A stretch of DNA of 51,987 nucleotides from Scyliorhinus canicula (GCF_902713615.1 NW_024055454.1:124001-175987), one strand, 5' to 3'; shown: positions 21,629-33,768, counted from the first letter of the stretch. Numbers and translations: made by a program. Notes: generated from the sequence alone by a model not told the origin.

Positions 21629-21776
21629 TCAGGTAAATCTTTGAGAAGTGCGAAAGCAATAAGGAAGGGGTCATTTCCTAGAGCCATTTGACGCCCTGGA
21701 TTACTAGACCAGCCGCACAAACACCATGTTGTCACTCCTGTACCCAGTGCAGTAAACAGAAAAACACGATGAGCGA

Positions 21777-21790
21777 GCTCCATCTGGTGG
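21777..21790 (-). promoter_or_regulatory. CTCF-like motif
   Basis: Minus strand CCACCAGATGGAGC. Confidence 0.5.
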
Positions 21791-22714
21791 CGATCTGAGG
21801 TATGGCCCTTTCCTGAAAAAGCACCGAATTCTGTTGCATGGTGATGGAACATTATTTTTGTTTCATATTGTTATTATTGCAATTTATTTCAACATACACA
21901 CGGAGCTAATTCCAACGTCATTTGAAATCTTGGCGGTTCCCGTTGTTTAGTGTAATATCTCAGGCACATTGGTTCAAGAAGCTGGGTTTAAACAATATGA
22001 ATCCACGGAGATCACGATGTGATCCCGACTCTAAACTACCAACACATACAAAAATGTAAACATGACTCCTAATTCACACAAATATTCTATTTAATTTTGG
22101 GATCTAAATGTAACTGTTTCCGTTTTGATCCTACCCTGAGCTGTGGATATCCTATTTTACCTGTTATAAGAACATAAGAACTAGGAGCAGAAGTAGGCCA
22201 TCTGGCCCCTCGAGCCTGCTCTGCCATTCAATGAGATCGTGGCTGATCTTTTGTGGACTCAGCTCCATAGATGCTCCTTTTAACTGAACACATTGATGAA
22301 CTCCTTGAAACTAAAAAGATGGACGAATTGGATTTTCTACAGTCAGAACTTCAAGGAAAACGGGAGAAAAAGAAAGAGGCAGAGGAAGTGTGTGAGAGAG
22401 GGTCAGAAACATAGAAAAGGGAAACAGAGACACAGAGACCGAGCGACAGAGCGGGGCAGACCTTGAGACAAAGACAGAGCTGGAGGAACAGAGAAAGGCA
22501 GGGAGAAAGAGGACGTCAGAAGATATCATTGGTCCAAAACGAACACTGATTGGAGCCCAACTGTCACCAGTTTCGACAGACCAGCCAATCATGTCGCTGG
22601 GAAACGCTCCTCAGTCTCCCAGTCAGTGAAGCTTCCACTGATCTGAAATTCCGTGTTAATACCAGAACATATTCAAAATCTGATTTATTTCTGTTGAACT
22701 CTAATCCAGACACC

Positions 22715-23149
22715 ATGTGTTCCCCATGTTGGTTACTGATAATAATGGCCATGCTTCCCGGTGAGTCGATGTTTAAATGTTCACCGTGTGTTCCGTGTGT
22801 TATCTTTACTCCCAGATACTGAGTACATTTTCTGTTTTGCTCCAGGAACAAATGGTAAAGATTCAGTGTCCCAGGATCGATCTGAGATAACGGTTCTGGA
22901 AGGACAGAGCATTAACCTTGACTGTAGATACTCGACAGCTGTTTTTGATACTCTGTTCTGGTACATTCAGTATCCCGGGAATCCTCCGAGGAATGTAATG
23001 AAAATATATAGCACTGGCAGTTCAGATAAGTCTCCAGATTTCCCAGCCAGATTCTCGGCTGTTTTACACAAAGAAAACCAAACGGTTCCTTTAAATATCG
23101 CCGAAGCTGATCACTCCGACAGTGCCGTATATTTCTGCGCGATGGAGCC
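22715..23149 (+). CDS. TCR V segment V6, open ORF with defective RSS; leader 22715-22760, V exon 22846-23149
   Basis: Leader MCSPCWLLIIMAMLP, GTGAGT donor; DSVSQD..LDCRY..LFWYIQYPG..DSAVYFCAMEP. RSS is CACACTG, 24 bp, ACTTGAACT. Confidence 0.88.
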
Positions 23150-23213
23150 CACACTGCTGCAGAGTTATAGCGGGTCCCGTACTTGAACTCACACTGGGAG
23201 TTCCAGTTATTTC

Positions 23214-23227
23214 GCAGCAGAGGGCGC
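23214..23227 (+). promoter_or_regulatory. CTCF-like motif downstream of the V6 RSS
   Basis: GCAGCAGAGGGCGC, ~25 bp after the nonamer position. Confidence 0.55.
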
Positions 23228-24477
23228 TCTCACAATGATAGACGGACACAACTACTCAGCCTGTCAGGGTCACAGGTTCATTAATACAACATCAAAATCA
23301 AACACAACACTCAATACGAACAAGTGAGCAGGAACTGAATACTTATATTCGTTAGTTTATAACTTGCATTTGTACTGAAATGAATTTCACAAGTTAATTT
23401 ATGGTTCCTTAACTCACATTTAGTCTGTTTATGATCTTTCCATTTCTGTCTGAATTATTGTGTGAACCTTTCTCCATCTCAGTTCTCCCCTTCTAGGACC
23501 CTTTGATCAAAGTCGATACACAGAGTCTGGATAACTGGTGTATTTTATTGGTTCATTTGTAGAAAATTAGCACATTTCATGAGGCAGTGGTTGCAGACTT
23601 TATAACAAACGCCAAGGTCAGAGTCCCTCGAATATTAATTCTCATTTCGAGTGTCTGCTTATTGTTTTTCTGACACAATTCACAAACATGTGTTTCCGTC
23701 CTACAATAACCAGACCAGCAAACCCATTCCTAACCCCGTCTGGAAATATGCAGCGATTCTTCTTATAAGGTACTGACTGTATCCCAGCTCGGATTGTTCC
23801 CATTCACTGACGGGCAGTTCCCCACCCACAGGTCTTAAACCATCATTGGAGACGCAAGAAAGTGAAGTGAGAAAATGCTGAGAAAGACAACCGATTCTTG
23901 ATGGTGCGGAATAGAAGGTGTTGCTTCGAATTTCAACCTTTACAAATCAGACGGCGACAATGCGGCCATCTGGGTTGTATGGGGCTGGTGCGGGCGGGGC
24001 ATTTCGGAAAGTAATTGTGGAACAAACACATTTCATCGCATTTGAAATCATGGTTTCAATCGGAATTTTAAACATATGATTATTTCCTGTTTCAGCATGC
24101 ATTTCTGATCTGAGTGATGGGAATTCTGTTTCTCGGCTACTGCCGTCTGATGTTAAGACAGAAGAAGAAGTTGTTGTTTTTAGTTTAATCTTTGATGCTG
24201 CCTTCTTGAACCGCTGCAGTCCGTGTGGTGTTCAGGAGAAAGTTTCAGTCTTTCACTTGTGCTATGTTACTCATGTCAGCAGACAAGCAGCGAGGCAAAA
24301 AACAAAACAGCAACAGCACCGCTCAGGCAGCCAAACCTCTCTCTGTATCTCTGGGTGGAGAAAGTGGCTCTGAATAGTTACTCAGGAGCAGGATTCACAG
24401 ACTGAGTTCATGGTGGACAACAGTCCCGTACTTTGTCTTAGAGCTCCTGTCTGTTGGAGTTTCGACAGAATCTCTTG

Positions 24478-24830
24478 AGGGCAGCAGGGTAGCATGGTAG
24501 CATGGTGGTTAGCATCAATGCTTCACAGCTCCAGGGTCCCAGGTTCGATTCCCGGCTGGGTCACTGTCTGTGTGGAGTCTGCACGTCCTCCCCCTGTGTG
24601 CGTGGGTTTCCTCCGGGTGCTCCGGTTTCCTCCCACAGTCCAAAGATGTGCGGGTTAGGTGGATTGGCCATGCTAAATTGCCCGTAGTGTCCTAAAAAAA
24701 AGTAAGGTTAAGGGGGGGGTTGTTGGGTTACGGGTATAGGGTGGATACGTGGGTGATCATGGCTCGGCACAACATTGAGGGCCGAAGGGCCTGTTCTGTG
24801 CTGCACTGTTCTATGTTCTATGTTCTAGAT
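24478..24830 (+). mobile_element. Near full-length HE1-type tRNA-derived SINE
   Basis: tRNA-like head (GGTGGTTAGC, GGTTCGATTCCC), conserved body, and CR1-like tail GGGCCGAAGGGCCTGTTCTGTGCTG..(TGTTCTA)n. Confidence 0.9.
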
Positions 24831-25423
24831 GCAGACATGATGTGGAGCCATCGAGCAGCGGCGATGTCAGCCACACAAACCCACACCGGGGCGGGGGAAG
24901 GGACCACATTAATCTCGAATGAAACTAACCCACCTGTTACCAGCAGCGGCAGTAAGAATAAACTGCAGTATCCGATCCGACCGACAGATCCGTCATCAAA
25001 CGAGTCTCCAGGGTAACCCAGTCTTGCTATTTCTGATCAGCTATTAATTCTCTAAAACTCAGGGCTGGCTGTTCAGATCAGCTCCGGGAAAAATGTTTCT
25101 GACCCTTCAACCAGTCCCACTAACGTCACTCGGTTTACAGACTTACGTCACTAAATCTGCAGGGAAACATCACACGTGTCCTCAGACTGACTCCACATAG
25201 GCGGTGCTCTGCGCATGCGAATTCTTCGACCCACACCCCATCCAATGCCGAATCTCCTTCACAACTTCACTTTGTGATCACAAGTCACAGGGACCCGGTT
25301 CGGGCGGGCACGGTGCAATTGGTGTTAGACTCAGTTTGATATACAACAACGCTGCCTTCGCAGCATTGTCTCTGGTCCTGAACACTACCGAGAGCTACTT
25401 AACACAGATCGATAGGATCCAAC

Positions 25424-25929
25424 ATGAAGCTGAGCTTCACTTTAGTGATTATTTCCCTGAATTTCTTACCCTTCTCTCCGTGTGAGTGTAATCACTATAT
25501 CTGGCAGGAATATGTTACACATCAGATATGTCATGTTATAGGGACGTACAGTTTCCTTTATTGTATATATGGTTATGTCATGTTGTATTTGATTGTGCTA
25601 AATCATATTATCGCCGTCTGTGTGATATTAAATTATTCATGTTATTTTACATCTCAGATGCCGCTGGCAGTGACGAGTTATCGCAGTCTCCAGAGTCAAT
25701 GGTGGTTCCCGAGGGAGACATTGCATCCTTGGCCTGTTCCACCACAGTAGCAGGAGTGATCCTACAATGGTACAGACAATACCCGGATGGAACCATGCAG
25801 CACCTGGCGATCGGCACCAGCGATCAGGGCAGGATCACAGCTCGGTTCATTTCAGCAGACAATCATAGCTCTCTGAATGTTAGTGACGTTCGAGTGACAG
25901 ACACCGCCACCTATCTCTGTGCAGTGAGG
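25424..25929 (+). CDS. TCR V segment V7 (family C), apparently functional; leader 25424-25481, V exon 25658-25929
   Basis: Leader MKLSFTLVIISLNFLPFSP, GTGAGT donor, TCAG acceptor; LAC..LQWYRQYP..DTATYLCAVR. Confidence 0.9.
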
Positions 25930-25968
25930 CACAGTGAACTGAAAACCATTCAACGCCGTACAAAAACC
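25930..25968 (+). other. Consensus 23-RSS of V7
   Basis: CACAGTG, 23 bp, ACAAAAACC. Confidence 0.95.
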
Positions 25969-26184
25969 TGCCGGGTCATTCTGAAAGTGTGTAGCCTGTG
26001 CAGTTATCCGAGAGCAGGCATTTTAGTAACAATTCCATGGATATGCTGCAATGAGTGAGGTACGTTCGTGATTTGCGTTTACTCTTTCATATCAGAAAAG
26101 AAGGGTCAGAATCCATTTAAATTCATTTTATTTCTTTAGAAGTCACAACCAGAGAGCACGGGTCCCATGGTGCATAATCCAGTA

Positions 26185-26222
26185 CTTAATATGCAAGAGC
26201 CCGCCAGTATTATTAGAAACAT
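26185..26222 (-). pseudogene. Orphan family A leader exon with mutated donor, no V exon
   Basis: Minus strand ATGTTTCTAATAATACTGGCGG..TTAAGT; CRE decamer and CTCF motif upstream. Confidence 0.78.
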
Positions 26223-26699
26223 ATCTGACTGGATCTCTCAGTGATTGGGAATGGAATGAATTAGAGATTGAGAGGAGCGAGGGAACCCAGGCTCTATTCA
26301 GCTCAATGTCCCACCCAGACACAGCAAGGGAGCCAGGCCCATTGTGACATCACTGAATATACGTCTGGCTTTGGTCTCATGTGACTTTCTATCATGCTTG
26401 GACTTTGCGCCCTCTGCTGGTGGATTCTGTTCAATCCGGTTCACAATGGGGGTTTCTGAATGGATTTAAGGTTCATTGATTTGTATGTGAAAATATCGAT
26501 GTCAGGAATGAGACGTGACTATCCAAATCTGGATTCTTCTCATTACTTCTTTCTCTGGCGCTATCTGTCGGAGGGCAGGTCCAATCCATTGCAACGTCAC
26601 GGGGAGACAGGTCGCAACCACCCCAGAGCTGGAACAGGAATCCAGACCGTTCTGGCTTTCCAATCTCCTGAGCTATCCCCAACCGTCGTTCGCACACAG

Positions 26700-27500
26700 C
26701 ATGCAAATCGTCGGTGTGCTAAATAGCAAGGAGGAATGGTATAGATTGCAGGATGATATTGACGGAAGGCCAGATGGGCAGAATAGTGGCAAATGGAATT
26801 TAACCCTGATGTATTTTGGGAGGACGAACTTTGCAAGAAAACACACAATGAATGGAAGGATGCCAAGAAGTACAGAGGCAAGAGGGACCTTGGTGTTCAT
26901 GCCCAGATATCCCCCCAGTCAACTGGGCAAGTAGATAAGGTGGTGAAGAAGACACACAGGATACTTGCCTTTATTAGCTGAGACATGGCATATAAGAGCA
27001 GGGAGGGAATTGTGGAGCCGTATAAAATGCTGGTTAGTCCTCAGCTGGAGTATTTTGTGCACATCTGCTCGCCACCTTACGGAAAGGATGTGATTATAGC
27101 AGAGAGGCTGCAGAAGAGATTAATCAGGAGGTTTTCTGGCCAGGAATGTTTCAGCTCTGAGGAGAGGCTGGATAGGCTGGGATATTGTCCTTAAAGCAGA
27201 GAATACTGAGGAGGGCCTAATCGAGGGGTGCAAAAAATAAACATTTCCATTAGCAGAGGGGTCAACAACGAGGGGGCATAGATTTAAGGTGTGAAGCAGA
27301 TGATTTAGAGGGAATTTGAGCGCGGTGGGAACCTGGAACTCATTGCCCATAAGGCTAGTCCAGGCGGAAACTCTCACAACAACAAAGAAGCATTTAGATG
27401 AGGATTTGAAACGCCATTGTATGCAAGGCGACGGCCAAGTGTCAGAAATTAGTTTAGACTAGATAGGTACTTGATGGTCGGAGCAAACACGATGTGTCAA
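26700..27500 (+). mobile_element. CR1 LINE 3' fragment
   Basis: YKSREGIVEPYKMLVSPQLEYFVHI.. is a decayed CR1 RT end; inverted paralog of 3850-4400 and 5190-5725. Confidence 0.82.
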
Positions 27501-28271
27501 AGGGCCTCTCCTTTGCCGTAAAGCTCTACGGTTAAGGAGCCTGAGGCACGGAAGCTGCCGATGACGCCACAAGGCCACCTCTCCTTAGGTCAAAGAAAGT
27601 AAAGGAGAGACTGTACTGATTTGCTGAAAGGTAAGTGGATCTGTCAATGAAGATGACACGGAGCTGTTTCCACGAGCAGATCCTTGGATAGTACGAAGAT
27701 CGAGGAGAAATAAAGCCCAGGAAAGTTCCATTCATTATGTCTACTGCGATTTGCTGAACTGCAGAAGAGGTGTCTAAATAAAGGAAGGAAATTCAACAAT
27801 AAATTTAAGAAGGAAATGTAAAGGCAATTACCCGGCTATGCAGAAAATGCTATTTTTGAAAGAAGAATAAGATAACCATTTCAAAGTGTCTCGGTCAATA
27901 TAGGTCGTGTGCCCTCACCCCCGACTCGAAGATTCTAGATTCTAGTCCGTCATGTCCTTTCCAATATATTTCTTCTCAGTGACTTGCACGATGAGCAGGT
28001 GCAGGATGGTTACGGTCTAGTGAAGATTCAACCGTCGCTATTTCCGCTTCATCAGTTCCGACTGCAGCTGAGAGTCACCGCACACTTCACTCAATATTCC
28101 CGCCCACAGCTTCCGGTTGCTGCTCTCATTCTGACCCAATTGTGGAGAGGTTGCTGCTGCTGGTTCATTCCTCTCATTGGCCGGATCAGCAGTGCAGTGT
28201 GACGGGGATCTGTATTTCTGTCTCTGACAGAGGATGACTCTCATTGTAGAGTTACAATCTCAAGGAGGATC

Positions 28272-28773
28272 ATGAGGAACCATCTCGCTTCGCTCCTAAT
28301 CGTTATCTCACTTCTCAGTCAGTATTTCCTTCCCAGTAACACTCCATTCTCTTCCTGAATGCCGTAACCCTGATTTTATAGGTAAAATGACAGAGATTAT
28401 TTTGCTGGTGATCATATTGCTGAATACGATGCTAACTCTGATTGTCATTATTGTTGTTATTTCTGTTAGAATTGAGCCACCAGAACACCGTGGAACAAAA
28501 GGAATCTGAAATAACGGTTACAGAGGAAAGGAATGCCACAATAACCTGCACCTTGGAAACAAGCGATGCTAACCCTTATGTGTACTGGTACAGTCAGCAG
28601 CTCGGGAAAGCTCCAAAGTATATGTTTCTTCTTATTGGACAGATTGTGCAAAGGAACACCGACCTCAATGATCGGTTTTCTTCTACGTTTGATAAAAAAG
28701 ACAAGACTACCGAGCTAACGATCAGTAACACAATGATCTCAGACAGCGCCCTGTATTTCTGTGCCATGAAGCC
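28272..28773 (+). CDS. TCR V segment V8 (family B), apparently functional; leader 28272-28317, V exon 28470-28773
   Basis: Leader MRNHLASLLIVISLL, GTCAGT donor (weaker than consensus); NTVEQ..ITC..YVYWYSQQ..DSALYFCAMKP is open. Confidence 0.9.
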
Positions 28774-28812
28774 CACACTGCTACAGAGATACAGTGGACC
28801 CGTACAAAAACC
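28774..28812 (+). other. 23-RSS of V8
   Basis: CACACTG, 23 bp, ACAAAAACC. Confidence 0.93.
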
Positions 28813-29429
28813 CCACACTGCCAGTTCCAGCTGCCGCTCAGCAGGGCGCGCGTCCTCATGGGCAGTTCAGGTTACCCAGTGAGTGACAAACATTGGAACA
28901 AAACATCTCAAAAATAGCAAGAGGTGAGGTCCACTTGCACAGTTAAACCAGTTTACGATCGCAACTTCATTCATAACAGATGTAAGATTGACGAATCGAT
29001 CTGTTATTCCTTAAATCCTGCTTCTTGTTCATATCTTGGTGTACAGACTCACTCACTCAGTAAACTATCAGGTCTCATTGGACAATAGCAAATGCAACAA
29101 TTTAAATTAATGTTGAGCTTTTCACATCATTACATGTCCAAAGGAGTTTCAGAGGAGCATTTAGGTCAAATGATCAAAAACCTGCTCAAAGAGTTCGGTT
29201 ATTTGGGGCGGTACAATGGCTAGCACTGCAGCCTCACAGCGCCAGGGACCCAGATTCTACTCTGGCCTTGGACGAGCTCGTGGCGTTTGCACGTTATCCC
29301 CGGGTCTGTGATGGTTTCCTCCGTGTGCCGCGGTTTCCTCTCACAATCCAAAAATATGCAGAATAGGTGGATTAGATAGATTTAATAAACCTGAATCAGG
29401 TTCCCCGTCAGCCTTCTCTGCTCTGAGGA

Positions 29430-29910
29430 AAACCATCCTAAGCCAATCAGCCTGTCTTCATAGCAGAAACACTCCATCCCCGGCAACATCCTGGTGAATC
29501 TCCACTGCACCCGCTCTACTGCAATCAAATCCTTCCTGTAGTCCGGCGACCACAACTGCACACAGTGATCTAGCCGTTTCCTAACCAGCGTTTCTGCAGC
29601 TTCATTATAACCTCCCGGCTCTTCTGTTGAACGGAAAATAAACGCAAATATTTCATAAGCCTTTCTTAACCACCGTATTTACCTGTCCTGCTGCTTTCAG
29701 GGCTCTATGGATACGCATCCCAGGTCCCTCTGGTTACTGTAATTCCGAGCGGCCTATCTTTCATTATATATTCCCTTGCCTTTCTAGCCCTCCCAAATTG
29801 CATCACCTCGCAAATTTTCAGAGGCCATTTGCCACTATTCTAAGGTGTTCCTCTTCATTATTAACCACATCAACAATGTTCTCGTAATCTGCGAACTTAC
29901 TGATTATACC
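29430..29910 (-). mobile_element. CR1 LINE fragment, decayed
   Basis: Resembles the reverse complement of the CR1 RT C-terminal region. Confidence 0.65.
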
Positions 29911-30479
29911 TTCACCAGCGCCCCTGGGTTACACGGAATGTGGAGCTGAGGCCATGGTCACCTTAGTCCTGATCTCATTGAATTGTGGAGTAGATTCGAG
30001 TGGCCGATTGACCAACTCCCTGCTCCCAAATCGGATGCTCATATGGCAATGAAAAGGCCCTGCATTTTCCCGAGTCAGTGTCTGTTACTGAGCGAGACAC
30101 AGAATCGTTGAGCTGAGCCCCCACACCAACAGGCCGTATCCTTCAATGGTGCGGCGATCCCAATGCCGCAGCCGGCTCACGGCATTTGCTGTCCCAACAT
30201 TATCACATCTTGCTTTATTGCAGCAGAGAAATGCATTCCCCTGATTGCCAGCGACACGCCAGTGAAAGACAAGGCCAGTAAAATTGGGCAGCCAATACCT
30301 GGACATAAATATGTACGCAGAAATCCTGGAAGTTTGTCACTCGCGGAATTATTATAGCGCCAGGGATGTTATAGCACTCAGAATCCCAGATACACAGAAC
30401 CACCAGTTCAGATGAGGCCTTCCGGTCAATCGAGTCTGCACCAACACGTGAAAAATACAGGACTAAACACAGGACCTCA

Positions 30480-30960
30480 TTTGTCAGCACGTGTTCCATA
30501 GCCTTGAATATGAAGACGTGTAATGTGCTCATCCAGGTACTATTTAATGGATGTGAAGCACACTGCCTCTACCACCCTCCCACGTAGTTTACTCCAGATA
30601 GTCACCATCCTCTCAATAAATAAGATTTTCCTCAAATCCCCATAACCTCCTGCCCCTCACCTTGAACTTGTGTCCCCTCGCAACTGACCCTTCAACTAAG
30701 GGGAACAGCTGCTCCCTATCCACTCTGCCATGACCCTCGTAATCTTGTACACCGAAGACTATGCAACTTCTCTTCATAACATAAATGTTCCATCCCAGGC
30801 TACATAATGGTGAATCTCTTCTGCAACCCCTCCACTGCAATCACATCCTCTTATAATGTGGCGCCCAGAATTGCACACAGCACTCCAGCTGTGGCCTCAC
30901 GACAGTTCTGTACAACTCCAACATGATCTCCCTGCTTTTAGAAACCATGCCTCTATTGTC
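30480..30960 (-). mobile_element. CR1 LINE 3' fragment
   Basis: Minus ORF gives GRVDREQLFPLVEGSVARGHKFKVRG, a typical CR1 C-terminus. Confidence 0.8.
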
Positions 30961-31564
30961 CTGCGAGTAGGGACGGTGCGGTGGAACAGGAGTGGTACAG
31001 TGGTTAGCACTGCTGCCTCACAGCGCCAGGGACCCGGGTTTACTTCCGGCCGTGAGTGTGCAGTTTGCACTTTCTCCCCATGTCTGCGAAGGTTTCCTCC
31101 GGCTGCTCAAGTTTTTTTAAAGACCTTATCAGAGTTACAAAGCTAGAGCTCAGAATGTGGACAGGGGCAAATCCATAATGCAGCTCCATGCCTGCTCCAA
31201 AAACCAATTCAAATTGAATCCAATTCATGGCCCCCAGAAGAGAGACATACCAGATCCACGCATTCCACCTGACCTCACGGTCATCTTAGCAAAAAGTCCG
31301 AGAAGCGATTTCCTCCCACAGTTCAAAGATGTGTAGGAAATCTGGATTGGCCTTGCTAAATTGCCCCTTAGCGCCCCTTCGTCTCAATTGGACGAAGTCT
31401 GTCCCTGATCTGCGTGGGAATCCAACATAAAACATGTCGTGTCAACAGAAACTTCAGGTATTTTCGATCGACAACTTGATATCTATTAAGGTCTAAAACT
31501 GGCACCATGTGCTTCCAATGTCCCAGACTGATAGTAATTCTCATGTTGTTCAGCGGTTATTGTA

Positions 31565-31880
31565 CATAATAATAATCTTTATTAGTGTCACAATTAGGCT
31601 TAACATTAAGACTGCAATGAAGATACGTTGAAAATCCCCTAGTCACCACATTCTGACGCCTGTTCGAGTACACAGAGGGAGAATTCAGAATGTCCAAATT
31701 ACCTAACAGCATGTATTTTTGGGAATTGTGGGAGGAAACCGGAACACCCTGAGGAAACCCATGCAGACAGTGGGAGAATGTGCAGACTCCACACAGACAG
31801 TGACTCAAGCTGGGAATCGAACCCGGGTTCCTGGAGCTGTGAGGCAGCAATGCAAACCACTGAGCCACAGTGCCGCCCGT
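31565..31880 (-). mobile_element. tRNA-derived SINE
   Basis: Minus strand GCGGCACTGTGGCTCAGTGGTTTGCATTGCTGCCTCACAGCTCC head, then the SINE body. Confidence 0.85.
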
Positions 31881-32375
31881 TAAGTACCTGGTACATTTAG
31901 TACCGCAGCAGATATTGATCCATTCTGCATTTCGTTACAGGAACGGGTAACGAGAAGACTTTGTCCTTGGACTCATCTGCGAGAGCAGGCCATGATTTCG
32001 TCCATCTTAACTCCTCATTCGAGTGCCTCCCTCTGCTGGTAGGTAGATATCCTGTTTTAAAGATACAATAAAATGTGCGGCATAATAGTCAATAATAAGA
32101 TGATAAGGCCATTAGACATAGGAGCAGAATTCGACCACTTGGCCCATCGAGTGCGCTTCGCCATTCAATCATGGCTGATATTTTCAGCCAAAGCTCTCAA
32201 GATTTCGCAAACTATTCCTCTGTCGATCTACACAAGGACAGAAAAATGTCCGGTAAATAGACATGATTGCTTGCCTGAGCCCGGGATCAATTCCTTCTCG
32301 GAAAGGAACCTCAGTGATGCTGTAAACACTCACTCAGCGTTGTGTACGGGGCTTTAGGTTTTCTCGAACGCTGTT

Positions 32376-33086
32376 CCTCAGTGAGCAGTAATAGACCACC
32401 CCGTCCTCCGCATCGAATGCGCTTATACTGAGGTAACCGTTCTGTTTAGATTTGTCAGCAACCGCCAGATATCGTCCTGAACCCACATCTTTCTTCATTA
32501 CTAAGGTGTTGGTGATAATCAATCTCGGTGGCTGTGCCGGTTTCTCCTGATATCATTGCATTTTGTACATGTTGGGGCCTTTATATTGGCAATTTAACTT
32601 CACTGAAGCCCCTTCTGAGACTGTTATTGTCACTGGTGACTGAGCTACTGGATTGAACATTGCCGGCCTGCGAAAGTGAAGGACTGAAATGAACAGATTG
32701 TTGTTCCTTTATAAAGTTAGAGTTTGTTCAATTAAGAGGTGCTTTTTAGCGTGGCTAGTCCACTTAGCCTGTACATCTAGGTTGTGGGAGTGAGAATGTT
32801 CAAACGCCACACGGGCAGTGATCTGGGACCGGGATCGAACCCGTGTCCTCAGTGCAATGAGGCAGCAGTGCCAACCATTGCACCACCATGCCGCCCTGAG
32901 TTTAAACAGAGTTGATATAAATCTACTTCTATCTGCGGCATTTTTTGGGCCCTCTGATGCAGGCACTTCATAGACATTCCCGATCGTTAATTACACATAG
33001 CCTATGTGTATTAATATGCTAATCTGGTTTAATTAACACTGTAACTACTTACTGTGCCATAGCGCCGCCAGTATTATCACAACCAT
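32376..33086 (-). pseudogene. TCR V pseudogene V9 (family A); leader 33086-33053, V exon 32667-32376
   Basis: Leader MVVIILAALWH intact. 1-nt frameshift at the V exon start, conserved Trp TGG to TGA at 32555-32553, RSS degenerate (AACAGCG-23-ACACAACGC). A SINE sits in the intron at ~32750-32900. Confidence 0.9.
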
Positions 33087-33696
33087 GTCTGGCTGAATCT
33101 CTCCCAGTGAACTGAACTGGACTGAGTCAGGGATTGTGTAGGAGAGAGGGAGCTTAGTGCAGTGCAGGGAGAGGGTCTATTGTGACATCACTCGCCTATC
33201 GGCTTGGCCGACACCATCAGGTGAGTTTCTGACGCCCGTGCTTGAATTTGGCGCCCTGTGCTGCCGGATTCGGTTTACTCCGTGTTAGAATTCGGCTGTT
33301 GAGTGGATTCAGTGTTGACTGCAATGCATATCAGGGCGAGAAACCTGGACAGAAATCTAAATTTCAGCTGTTAATACACTATCTTTGTCACTGTAGGTGT
33401 TTCTAATCAAAAAATGATGCTTAATCTGTAGTTCTCGGTTCACACCATGGATGCGATGAAGTCGAAAGAATGCCAAGATTTTGGTGGACATGCGGAGGTT
33501 AGAACTCAGAATAATAGCAGTTTATTGTGGTTCTGACGAAGAAGGTACAAAAGGGGAACTGCTCTGAACATCGCTTTTTTCAGAGACCAGATTGACTTTC
33601 ATTAGGTTAAATGTCCTATAAAGAAGATAGGTGAATGATATTTCATGCTGCAAGCGTTTGCGAGACAATGAAACGTCTTTGAATGGATCAGCACCG

Positions 33697-33768
33697 AGGC
33701 ACGGGCGGGATTTGAACCCGCGATTTTTGGTTTACGGAACCAACGCCTTTCCTCTTGGCCACCGCACC
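33697..33768 (-). tRNA. tRNA-Thr-CGT: tRNA-Thr(CGT) variant, possibly a pseudogene
   Basis: GGTGCGGTGGCCAAGAGGAAAGGCGTTGGTTCCGTAAACCAAAAATCGCGGGTTCAAATCCCGCCCGTGCCT; acceptor, anticodon and T stems pair, but position 33 is C. Confidence 0.8.

Noticed and set aside
22805-22845. Alternative upstream acceptor of V6 adding 10 codons
   Set aside because: In frame, but the downstream acceptor gives the standard leader length; it cannot be supported without reads.
24478-24560. SINE heads as tRNA genes (also 14492, 29210, 30990, 46315)
   Set aside because: They continue into SINE bodies and lack a complete cloverleaf.
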